From contig CAJNYD010000171.1 of assembly GCA_905331295.1 (NCBI GenBank), positions 1 to 64,000 of the forward strand: a stretch of 64,000 bases of DNA, written 5' to 3'. The notes beneath the pieces are model-generated. The model did no database searches and was not told where the DNA came from. It saw nothing but the letters and a program-made list of their open reading frames with translations. Shown in pieces: positions 22,911 through 35,967 of the stretch. Made by a program: the position numbers and the translations under genes. Every line of letters begins with the position of its first letter. The first letter of the stretch is position 1. Source of the DNA: Rotaria socialis. Taxonomy: Eukaryota.

Positions 22911-25040
22911 ATAATCTTCATGTATAATTGTTTTCTAAAAGAAATAGTTCATAAAAATAAATTTTCCAAGTTGCCTATCTATTGAGCTACGGAAGCTTTT
23001 ACAAATATAATTATATTTATTATATTCACTATGAGATTAATATTTAGATTTCTAGATCATTTAAGAACTTCTCTTCTTTTTGTATCCTAAATGTTCATGC
23101 TATGTCGTATCATGCCCATTGGCTTGAATGAAAGAAAAAGATTAATGAAGCATGGTTCTGATTACAAATGTTCGCTTAGTTACGATTGAGCTCAGCTTTC
23201 GATTCAGGTAAAACAATTAAGAAACACAATCCTACGCATGACTTTTGTGTATGCAAAATTCAATTAAATTGTAAACGATATCACAAGATTTTCCTTTATT
23301 AAAGTAATGTTTTATGCATGTAAAATGAATACCTAAAGAATATGAAAGAAATATCGTAGTAAAAGTTTTCACAACTATAATCATGTTATTGAACCAACAT
23401 TGAAAGTATCATTGAATCAGAGACAAGGTGTGAACGAGGAATGGAACTTTTCTCAATCATTTAATTGCTCAGCAAAAGTTTCTGATTGCTAAAACAGATT
23501 AATTCGAATCCTTCGAATTCTAAAAAAAAAACTCTTCGGTACGTCATAGAAAGGCCGAGAAGAAAAATATCGAAAATTTTAATTAACATGGTATTCTGTA
23601 TTTGTACTTCATAGTAATATCAAAACATAAATTATGACACATTAAAGTCATAAAAAAAAGAATTATAAAATGTCATATTTTTCTTTTAGTAACTCTAAGT
23701 GAAATGCTCCATTACATTAATAAGATCTTCTTGTGAGTTGTTGTATTTTTGTTCAATTTGAACATAACTATACTAATCTGGTAGAAGATTGCCCTTTTTG
23801 TGGCTGAATAGAACAAAATAATAGAAATTATGAAAAAGTCTCATTAAGCGAAAATGATATTTTTAAGCCCGTTTTTGTCAGACAGATGTCATTTTATTCA
23901 AAAGTTTTCTTTTTTCAATATTTCTTCGGACAGTCCATCTGTTCTATTGTGATAGTTCAGCATAATGGTCCGTTATTTGCTTGAACTCTATTTTAACAGG
24001 GAACATCGTGCGATATTATCACATCGTTTTAAAAAATTACATGATTCGCCTTTGTAACGAAATCTAATTGACTTGTTTGATCCACAATTGTACTCTACGA
24101 CTTCAAGAAGCAATTCTTATACGAACAGAGAGAACTTTTGATATTGAATGATATCAATTAGACTTCAAGCAATTTTAAGCTAAATATCAGACTAGACACG
24201 ACGACTCTCATTTGATTTCATTAAGTACACGATGCAGCGCTGGTGAGCACAGTTTGTTCCATATCAAGAATTCTGTTTATGCAGCTCACTAGCAGACATT
24301 CGAATATGTGTAATACAACATTGGATGTATTGCTTTTTCACTCTATTAGTTTCCATAACGGAGTCGTCTCTGAGCCAACTGATATTATTCTAGGCATACT
24401 AATCAGTTCCCAAATTAATTAACCTTTTCTCTTCATTCAAACATCATCTCGGAATAAGCGATCGTTTATCAACGTATATTAAGAATGTATTCGTATCACA
24501 TTCATCTACAGAATTTCTTCAGAGTTTTAATATATTGCATTTTGTCTAATAAACATCTAGCGGTAGATCAACATTGAATAGCTGAAAGTAATAAGTTCTC
24601 AGAATGAATTCACATCAGCAATTAAGTTATTAATTTTTCTTTGATGATAAGCGATGAACAATTCTCCTTCTCGAAGTACAATACTTCGCAGTTAAGATAG
24701 GTGAACACGAATAAAATTCATGCTGGCTTTCTTTAGACAATATAAAAAGCTGAAAATAACGTATGTCATATAAAAGATCGTTGACTGACACGTATCGGAT
24801 GTGCTTGTCGCTTTTGAAACATCCTCATTCTATACCATGACTTTCCTTCCACTCACATTGACCAATTTATTGAATTCTAAGTTCTATTGTATTTGTATAT
24901 TTTTCACAGCATGAAACTATTTTATTACATTAACATTTGTTTCATTCCAATTTAGATAAACAATATTTTCATTGTGGCGCATTAGTAGCCGTTTCATTAG
25001 TAGGAAAGATATTATTTATTTGAGTACTACGGTCATTCAG

Positions 25041-26501
25041 TCATGATTTCTTAAAGAACTTTTTAATCTGTCGACGAAAACCAACATTTGTAATAATCGA
25101 TACGTAGAAACTCGAGGCAAAAAATGTGTAAGACAATAAATGAGTTAATTCAGCGAAAACGCTTTCTTGAGCATTTCGCAAAGTTGACTTCGGCCAATAT
25201 TGAGTTATATTAGAATACATAAGTTGAGTTGCAAATGGTATATATGTTATTAAAGCAATGATTGACTGTAGGATAAGCATTAATGTTAACCGAGAATCTA
25301 TCTGATCAATAGCTGATCTACATGCAACGATTGCTGGTAGCTTACTATCACTAGGACCAACTTTTCGTTGAATAACATCTCGAACACTTCGTATTAACAG
25401 ATGGGCAAGTCCAATCATCACGATTGGCGGACATATTGCTTTGAAAAATATTTCATTGTACGCATCGAAATAGGCGTAAAATCCTGGTAAAGGAATGCAT
25501 GCTCCTTTGGTAGCACTATATAGAATCAATCGATGCCCGAAAACTGATAGCCAAACGAACGCACATATCAAACAAATTTTGAGAGCCAGATCAGCAAGAT
25601 TACTCCACTGGCGATATTCTAAAATTGTGAAAAAGATGTTATACGAACGGAAGGTCATTACCGAGTAATATTTTCCGAAGAAATAAATTAGAGATCTACG
25701 CTGTTAGCTGACGAGGTGGATGTGCCAATGATATACGAAGAAAATGCATTTTTATTAGTAACAGGAAACATATCGTCTCATGTTGTCTAACTAAAAATTT
25801 ATCGTCGGAAGGTAAATAACAGAATCCACGAGAAAGACGTCAGTGATGTTTATTCAATGGCGAAGAGAAAATGAAAAATTTTTTAAATATTTAATTTCCA
25901 AAAATACAAATACGTAGGAAATTTTGCAAATCTGCTTCAATTTCAATGCACGATATAATAGTTTAGAATTATCAATTCTCATGAATGGCTTCAACAATCA
26001 AAAACATTATAAGCTACTCGGAAATCATCTAATTTTAATCTCATAGTTCTCAAATTTCATATAGAATTTCATAAAAAAACAAATGCAGTTAATTATTCAC
26101 TTAACTAACAAAATTTTCAGCTTACTATTTGCACGTTGGGTAGATAAAAGCCGATCGGTTGTAGCAAACGCAAAAAAACTAAATGAAACTTGATTACTCC
26201 AGTCAGTTAAAAATTGTCGAAGTTTGCATATGGCATCATAGCGTGTGACAAGCGGAAGTTGAAATCCTTCTTGAAGTATTCGTTCAGCCAGTACAAAATT
26301 AAAATAACTAAAATCTGATATGGCTTCCAATACGAGATAAACAGCATAAGCTCGTTTGCGAAAGGCTGGAGATCGAAATACAATCACATTTCCAATGCAA
26401 CCAAGATTACCTGCCATCCAAAGAAATGAACCAAACCAAATATTTAATTGATAAGGTACAGCTAGAAGAGCATCACTAATGTTGCTTAGTGTTGTATTCA
26501 T
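25041..26501 (-). CDS. Orphan 7TM/GPCR paralog 2; complement(join(25041..25618,26126..26501)), 317 aa
   Basis: Same 376 + 578 nt exon sizes and intron phase as paralog 1. GNLG, CKLR, TTDR and YIPF motifs are present. Confidence 0.85.
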
Positions 26502-29500
26502 TGTTATTAGATGGTTAAATAAAATAATACTCTACGATCATCGTGTTCGATGCTGAAGAACACGGCGACTTTTCTATTTATCTTTGCTAGAAAAATTATG
26601 CGCTGCCAGTGTGAAATTTTTAAATGAAATGGAATAAGTCTCATCTAGTTTTCATTACGTTGATAATATGGATGTCTGCTTCTTTATAGAATGGCGTTCA
26701 TTTATATGCAATTAATAAGAATAAGCATAATGGGTAATTCTTTTTCACAATAGGGTATATGATAAATAATAAATAATATGTAAAACACCGTCAGAGAGAA
26801 CTTATTCATAGAATTTCTATAAATAATTACTGCGGAAATATCACTTTTTCTAGTTGAAAGGCAAACTTTTAGTTGTAGCTGATATTATAAATTAAGAGAG
26901 GATGACACTTCGTCTCACCTCTTTTTTTACAAACTCCGGTAAAATAGTTTGTTTACGATCTCTTGACATGAGAAAAAGACACGGTGTTCGGAATCAATTC
27001 TGACAATAGCTTTTTCATAGTATGTTCAGGTTTTGTTTCCCTGTGAGAAAATATGAAGTGATAAGCTATAGTCGCAACCTAAAATCACGTATAGTCAATG
27101 TTTCGGCGAATTCAAGCAACTACGATTGGACTTCTGTCTACTATAATAACTCTAATTAGTATTAGTTATTATTCTCCTTATTCCTTCAATACTTTCTGTT
27201 ACAAGATATTGGCTTTACTGAAAGAAAATAAATACATATGTATTCATGACTATAGTGTTAATGTACATCATCATTCTATTTATTCTTCGATGAATGTACA
27301 CGTTTTTTGAACCTGACTATTTGTTTATTTTTCGATGTTGAAGCAATGAGATCAGATTGACACGATGATGTGCCAGATGACGACGACGAAGCAGCAGTAG
27401 TATGATCGCTGGATCTAAATCTAAGACGATTCAATATTGGAGTTGAACGTAAATAAGATTGAGGAGCAACTTGCTCAGCTGTTGCTTTCGACAATTGTTG
27501 GTTTTTAATCAGATTATAACCTTAGAAACAACTTCTGAGGCTATAGCACAAGGAGTATAGATAGGGAAAGAATAATCGTCTACTTATATAATCATGGATG
27601 TAATCAAAAATGCAACCTATTATTGTCTATAAGAGCAGAATGTCTTTATGTCAATTGCAACATCGTTATAAATTCTTTTACGAACTCCACGTTTAAGTAC
27701 CCTTATAATTTTCGTGCGAATTACCGACGGTGTTTCTTACGATATCCAGGTGTCATATTAAATATAGCAAAAATACTCTACTTCGAACATCCGGTAACAT
27801 TTACCGGTGTTCGGAAGAGGTGAGAGGAAACGTAAGTCACCCAAATTAGTCAAAAAAAAAAAGAATTCCTGATTCGATGCTTGTGAGCACAGTACTCTGT
27901 ATGCATTATCGATTTTATTAATTATCAAATTCAACCAGCTTTTTGTACATATATATAGAGGATTTTTACGTTTCGCCTAGGGTAACCCTGATTTTCACTT
28001 TATATCATGTTTTATGGGTGACGGTTGTTACAAAAATAGGAGGCATAATGTCGCCGTCTTTTTCTATAGTACATGTCATGTAAGATTCACTTAGATTTCA
28101 TGATATTTTCGAAATATGGTGAAACTTTCAGTCCCTGTTAGACGATTTTTCAAGAAGACAGTCGATCAAAAATTATAAACAGAAGTTCCCTTCGTAAAAC
28201 AGCCACTTTTTGCAAAACTTTTGCTCTTTATATTTGTGGTTTGTTTGAAAGACAACGTCAACACCTAGGAAATAGCGATGAAAGGCAGATCGCATCGAAA
28301 TACATATGAAAACAGTCGAATAGAAAAGGACGGCTAATAAAAAAGAGTCACGTCCTTTATGAAAAATGAAATCTCTATTAAATTTACTATGAATACCAAG
28401 CCACCTTACTGTTGCTCTTTGATAGGCAAAATGAAATATACATTACTTAGGTACTTTTCCTCTTCGAAATAGTATTGTGAATATCTGTTTTATGAATTTT
28501 CACTGTTCAGTTTTTGATAAAAAGATGTCTTAATCAATTACGAATGCATAAAACGGAACAGCATCTTTAACTTTCTACGTATCGATTCCAGCACCTTACT
28601 CGGATGTATCATGCATCCGTAGCTACATTATATTTGATAAAAAGAAATTATTTTATATGTATCTATCTTACGGTGGCATATTTCTTTCAGTTGATTCAAA
28701 TGAATTGTGAAAAGATATACTTATACTTTTTCCCTGTAAACTAGTCTCTATGAGAAACAGCTTGATTCGATAGTGCTTAAAATCTGGTGGAAATGAAGTC
28801 TTGAAGAATAAATATGAGTTGATGATTTGAAAATTCAAAAATATTCTTTACGATAATGTGACATGTGCACGTTTAACTCATCTGAACCCCTGAGTGTCGC
28901 AATGATTTGACACATCAATTTGTTAATGTTGTTATTTTGCGTATGAAGCAAATATCATTAGACGTGTGAGCTTAAATCTGCTTCAGATTAAAAGAACTAG
29001 ATAGAGATCTACGGCTTTTACCGAGTAACAGGCAAAATGGAGCTCCATCGAACTAAATGTTTAAAGTAGAGAACATCATGTCATGTAAACGTTTTGAAAT
29101 ATGAATTCTAAGTCGTGAAAAATATTCGAGAAATATTTACGAGTCTCTCAATTTAAAATAGATTTGACATGAATCTCTGGATTCCTTTTTTAAGAGTAGA
29201 GTTGCTAAAATAATTTAACCTTAAGTATGGGAAGAAATGATCAGCAATGTATTTTTCGGAAAATTTCTGATTATTAATGGCAATGAATTATTTATAGTTG
29301 CTAAACTAGTCTCATTAAATCATGCATGAAGTTCATCTGATTACTTTAGAGTATTATCTAATATATAACTCAATATTAATTTGAATACAAATACTTCGTG
29401 CTATCGAAATAGACGAAAATCTAATTAACTAAAAGCACTTCTTTTCCAAAAAAACAATCAGTTCATATATGTGCATGATTAAAAACATTTTAATACAAAA

Positions 29501-29507
29501 ATTATGT

Positions 29508-30665
29508 TCATTTCTGTTGTTGATATTCGACAAGTACTTTCTCTTGAGCAAGTCTTAAAGAAGATTTTGAGCAATTTTGAGTAACATTTAAATAGATGAG
29601 TTCAATTGCAAATGGTACATATGTTATTATAGCAATGATCGATTGTAAAAGAAGCATCAACGTCAGACGAGAATCCATTTGTTGAAGGGCGGATCGATGT
29701 GCAACGTTTACTACGGCCCCATTATTAACAGGGAAAATCTGCCGTTGAATAACGCCTCTAACACTTTTTAAAAGAAAATAAGAAAGTATAACCATCATTA
29801 TAGATGGGCATAATGCTGTAAAAATTGCTTCAAGATAAGTATCAAACGAATCATAAAAAACAGATAGAGGAGCACATGCTTCACTAGTAACGCTATACAA
29901 AATAAGTCGATGTCTATAAAACAACAACCAGGAGAGCATGCATGTGATACACATTTTGTAAGCTAATCCAACATTATTGCTCTACGAGCGGTATGCTTTA
30001 ATGAGAAGGAAAATTATAAGGATCATCTGGTGGTGGAACAGAAACAAAGTTCGCTTCCAAAAAATAGAAATGTTTTGTCAAAACAGAGATTTATTTTACT
30101 CAAAATTCGTGGAGGGTGGGTGATGAATAGAATCCGTCAGATTCAAGATTTTTGGGCCCGCGCCCGAGTGGAGCGAAAGTCCGATTCTACCAGACGGGCG
30201 GGTTCTAGTAATGGGAAAGTGAGTATCAAACTATTTTCGAGGCACACGGCTTGATGTCAGATTAATCAGTACTTTATTTCAACTTACCATTATTACGTTG
30301 TGTAGATAGAAGTCGATCAATTGTTGCCAGTAAAAACCAAGACAACGAAATTTGATTAGCCCAAACGGAAAAAAATCCCGAAGTTTACAGGTGACATCAT
30401 AGCGTGTTGCAAGTGGAATTTGAAATCCTTTTTGAAGTATTCTTGCCATTAATAGAAAATGAAAATAAATAAATTCAGATGCTGCTTCCGATAGGAGATA
30501 TATTGAATAAACTCGTTTCCGAAAGGCTTGAGATCGAAATACTATTGTATTTCCAATACAGCCAAGATTACCTGTCATCCAAAGAAAGGAGCCAAAATAA
30601 ATATGCAGTTGATACGGTACCCTTAAAAGAGTACTGTTACTACCATTTGATGTAACAGTATTCAT
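29508..30665 (-). pseudogene. 7TM/GPCR paralog 3, disrupted
   Basis: Exon 1 (30288-30665) has a frameshift near the A-run at ~30370. Exon 2 (from 29995) has an in-frame TAG at 29982-29984 where the paralogs have Trp. Homology is lost after VLVE, so TM7 is missing. Confidence 0.8.
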
Positions 30666-32365
30666 TGCCTGAAAATTGATAAATGAAAAAACAATATTGT
30701 GTATTTCCATTACGTGATAGCGATGAATAATTTTTTTTTTGTTTTGACATTAGCTACGCAAGAAAAATTGGTTATTAAAAGGATTCAATAAATTCTGTAA
30801 ATATCCAAAAACAAATCTGAAATATCTTTCATTGCATTACTTCTTTACGTTTTTGAAAACGACTATCGGAGGATTAGATCGCCACAATCAAAGCATATTC
30901 AAGATTTCCTTTCCAGAATGTATAGATAGCTACTCAATTCTTATTATTTTTTCAATGTTTCTGTTACGATGACACCAGAAAATATTTCACCTGCAACTGA
31001 AAATTTTCTGCAGATTTTAGTTTTTGCCGGTTTGAAAATGCATGCAAGGAAGAATGAATGGCATGATAGTGTAAGCCAATTTTTCTAATCCTCACTCTCT
31101 AAACGAGGAAAATTGATCAAAACTCAAATGTTTAAATACACTGTCAAAAGAGCACCATGATTAAAGTAGAAAACTAGCATAGTTTACTGTAATAAAAAAT
31201 CATCGCCCCATAATGCTCTACAGGTTGGCACACTTTCTTAAACTAAACAAAAGCCACTTATATAAATGAAATGCCTACAGTTAATTATGCTTAGAATAAT
31301 CAAATAACACGCCGAAATTGTTTTCTCCACGATCGCAGCTGGAATTATCTTCCTACGTATGTATCTCAGTGTTCATTTTGTGACACTATGACCTGAATTT
31401 ATTTTTATATTCTCAAGTTATCTTTAAATGATAAAGCTTAAGCTTAAGTTATATCATCACACAAATAAATCCTCATGTAATCAATCATAGCAGCAAAGTG
31501 CACTAAAAGAAAATTCAGCATAATTGAAAAGCATGACAATACCTTAATTTAACATTTTATTTTGTTCTGAATAAGGAATATTACAATTCATTCTCAACGG
31601 AGATGATGCAAGACGTTACAGCCCTTCTTTCAATTAAATAAACGGTTTAATGCGAATTCGATGTTTGTTCAAAAATTTTTGCGGAGCTGTTTCACTGTTG
31701 CGCAACTCTTCTCGTGATCAAGTCATATGTGTGTGTTTACAATGAGAAATGATTCCTTAATATGATACTCTAATGTCATTATTTCAATCTCATCCATTAT
31801 AAATCGTATGCTTAGGTTTCTGAACTAATTGTAAATTTGTATGTTTGAATGCACAAAAAAGGCAGATCATCCATTTATCATTTCCTTCGCGATAAAAAAA
31901 ATAATATTTAGAATAAATTTTCATGAAGGATAGCGCTGTTCTTTCGACATGTTTAGAAAGACAAAGAAATAAAAAGATCTTGATTATCATTTACACAGGA
32001 AAATAATGAGAACTGTACTTCTGTTAAAGTAACCTATATCATATGAATAGGCAAAACCATGTATTTAAATAGTTAATTTTGGTATGGAGAAGTTTTCTCA
32101 ATAAAGCAAAGATAAATTTTCTCGAGATGAGGCATGTCAAGTAAATTATTTAGATTTCGATAAATCTGTTTCAACGAGTTAAGTATCTTGTTTTCATGAT
32201 GACAAGATTGATTTGTTTAGTATCTAATAGAAATTCACATCAGCCTCTTTTTTTAGCGATTAATTTATTGGAAGAAAATGATCAATGAAGGTATATTTTT
32301 GATTTCAGTGTATAGACTAATGTTCTTTTCAAGATTAAAAATAAAAAAATAGCATTTGCGATAAT

Positions 32366-35300
32366 TTACAAGAACCACATGTCATCCGCAACTTTTTCGT
32401 TTAATTCCATTAGTTTCGTTCTGATATCATCCAATGAATACTGTTCGGGTTCTTCGTTATCTTCATTCAGACTAAAAATATGCAAAATAGCATTAATTAA
32501 GACGACATATATCAATCACTATAAACCTGTCTCTGTCATGATCTTCGCCAAAGTTTAGCACTCGTGACCCGTAAGCTGCTAAATGAGCATAATGAACAGG
32601 AGCCGGTATCGAAACGGATTTCGTACAGCGCATATCAGTATGACATAGCTACAATACAATTCGTCTATGCAATTTTAAATCGTATAAAAACAAAAACAAA
32701 CTTACCCAATACGTCAGTTGTTGAATGGCATCACTAGTAAACCCAATTTTATCGTGAAGAACGTGATACAATGCTGGTCGTGATGTACCCATTCTATTAT
32801 AGTCGGAAATAATAGACTTACAAAAAACGAGGCGTTATAAATATTCACCTTGCAGCTTGTGAACATAGATAAAAATCGAACTGAGACGGGTGTATGATAC
32901 CAGTGTCGATTACAGTACCCTCTTGAACATTCATCGTTTGTCCACCATCGTAAACGAAAAATCTCGTGTTGTGACGTTTTTTAACCACAATAAATGTTAA
33001 CTGTGGTAATGCTTTATTACCATAGACAGCTATTAGAGAAGGACATATGTTAGCGTCTAAACGAAATGATGTTTGCGGACTTACTGCGGCAAGCAGCCAT
33101 TATTTTATTGACTTCATTGTCAAGAACTTTTTGATAATGTCCTTCATCGACACCGTCGCGATAAAAAACAATTTTGTTCGGAAGACGATTTCCACATGAT
33201 TTAGCAAAGACATGTAGTAAATCAACAACCATCGTGTCTAGCTCTTTAATTATTTCTACTGAGCAGCGTCCCTTTTTTGGATATTCTATGAAACTAAATG
33301 GATGAATAGACGAAAAGATTACAAAATAACATACGTTCACAAAGACGAGCCGCATATCGGCTGTTCGTCAAATCTCGAGAGCCGACAACAGCGGCTATCG
33401 ATGGACGATCAGATGAACATGTTGAGTGTGTGACCTGAAAGAAAAATAAATAGAAAATGTTCACATAAATTTAATTTCGCTAGCACTTACATCAGCTCCG
33501 AAAAACATGAAAAGATCATCTCTTGAAGAATGATACAGAGCTGCTTTACTATTGATTACACCATTGATCCCACCTAATTTTCCATTAATCTTTTGACTAA
33601 TGTTTTCCACATCTAGAAGGTCCCATATTAATATCTCTTTTTTTCTTTCTAAATATTGATTTCTCTACTTACACATGTTAAGATTAGCAATGTTACGCTC
33701 CAAAGCTTGAAAACTAACACATTGTGTCATTAAACCTATCTGTTGATTGGCACAGCTTTTAACGAGGCTGTAGACTCCATCTGAGTTGTCGCTGTTTAGA
33801 ACAATAACAGCTAATGACCAACCTTTCTTACTAGCATCAACTAATGCATCATGAATGTCACTTTCTGTTGGATATTTTGTTGTTAATGATGGCTCTCTAT
33901 CGATTACAAATCCATTGCGCTGAAGTAGCTAAACAAAAGTAAATTGAAAATCAGTGAGAAAAAAAAATTTTATGTAAAATTATACATTGGGCAGTTGATA
34001 TTTAAATTGTTGAAGAATATCATCGACATATTTGTCAAGTCTATCACCAAAATAGATAATTCCCCACGAGTTGATTTTAGTTGTCGCATAAAACCAATTC
34101 CGAATACGCCATTGACCACATTTTACATATTCAATGGCTTCACCTTGACCTCGACGGCGATATTTGATCTCTGGAGGTGCCAATACACGCGCTAAATACA
34201 ACGAAACATAGCTGTAAAACAAAACACATAGCAACTCGGGATGAAACACCTTCAATTTTAAGCATTTCTTGATCATCAACATGAACATTCAGCTCCTTTA
34301 GATAAGCATCTCTATTATATTGATTATTACGGACAATTTTCATGATTTCTTCGTAGCGCTCTTCTGGTTTAATAATAGTATTCTTGGTCACAGCACCTCG
34401 TTGAGATTTATCCAAGGGCTTTATTGCACGTTGCCACTCAACTACCTGCAATAGAGCAAAACTAGAAGTAGCATATTTTATGGAATTATAATGATTCCTT
34501 ACGCGAACTACTTCCATGGGTAACCAGTTCGGTTGGTTCTGGTTGCCTTTGCTGGCATTAATGCAAGGCAAGTAGGGGAACATGAGTTTTCTTTTATGTT
34601 TCAAAGCAAAGTAATCAGCAACACTGATTTCTTTGAGTTCAGTCGCACCTGCTAATTCTTCATTCGTACGAGTGAACGTAATATCATTAGCAGAACGACC
34701 GAATTCACGTATTCGATAAAATATTCTTCGACCTGTATGCATTGTTTCAACTAATAAACAAAATACTAATTATTATTATGAGCAAATGCACGTACTATAA
34801 ACCTACTCGATAAATTTCGAATCATTTTTTCGAATTTTTTAATTTCCCACTCGGCGAAGTCTTTGGTAATATCTTTTCGTAAAAACTCGCAAGCAAAATC
34901 AACAAAATTTAATGGCATATAAAAGCATGCAAATGATAAATTTATGTTGATTGTTGGTCCGATTTGTGTGAGAAATAATGATTGATAAAATCCCTTGGCA
35001 ATGCCACGACCATCATCTGTAGAAAATCGGCAAAATTTAAAAAACAAAAGCAATGCTGTAAAAAGAAAAACTAACTCAGATTAGTGAGTTGTCGATGTCG
35101 ATCGTAGAATTGATTGCGAATACACACGAGATCCTTTCGGGCACTTTGTTTAAAAAGCGTTTCAATGATTCGAACGATTTCACGTGGTCGAATATTCGTT
35201 TTGTTCTGGACGAAATTTTGCAAATTTTGAATTCTATCCTGACGGACAAGATTTAATTTGGTCAAATGAAATATCTTTTTTTCATTATCTTGTTCCATTC

Positions 35301-35967
35301 TTATCTGGATCGGTAGTTTTACCTCAGGCAATATTTCTCGTGCATACAATGTTTTTCCTTCGTCGTACCTAAACATGAGTTTTATTACACTGGGAAAATC
35401 TTAGGAAAACATTAATATAGTTACCATACAACAGGAAAATGTTTTTGTTCCCTAAGAATAGTTTGCATAATGTCCCAACGCGCATTTTTACGTGCAGCAT
35501 GCGATTTCCCACTACGATCAATCATCATAAGCTCAATATCGTACTGATAGATGGTTGCATCAGCAATATTCACAGAAAAATGATTTGTGTATACGTGTAT
35601 TTTTCGCCCTTGTGAGCCACCTACGTCCGGACGAGAAACAGGAGTTAGAACAGCTGATTCCGGCACTGCTGAACATAATTGCTGGCGGTGATTCACTTGC
35701 CGAACACTTTGAGACCGAACAGTTTTCGCTTCTGTTCCGGTATCGACCCGTAAACTTTTCATTGACTCATTTAGAGTCGGATATGCACTAGCAGAGCGCT
35801 CAGCTGCACCGAATAGCCTCTGTTCCCTAGTATTCATGTTTGCTGCAGCTTGATTTGTATAATTGGTCGATGCGGTCGATTTTGCATCTGCTCGAGCTAA
35901 TAAAGCAAGAAGTTATTCATGATTTTTAATTATAAAATTTACTTTTTCGATTTTGACGTCCTGACAT
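32366..35967 (-). CDS. Argonaute (AGO-clade) protein, ~15 coding exons
   Basis: Exons splice in frame through GT-AG introns. N-terminal GRKIHVYTNHF, PAZ (YLPC...WLPME), KINGKLGGIN, MFFGADVTH, YRDGV, FIVVKKRHNTRFF, GTSRP, SIPAPVHYAHLAA and C-terminal MWFL*. Confidence 0.93.
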
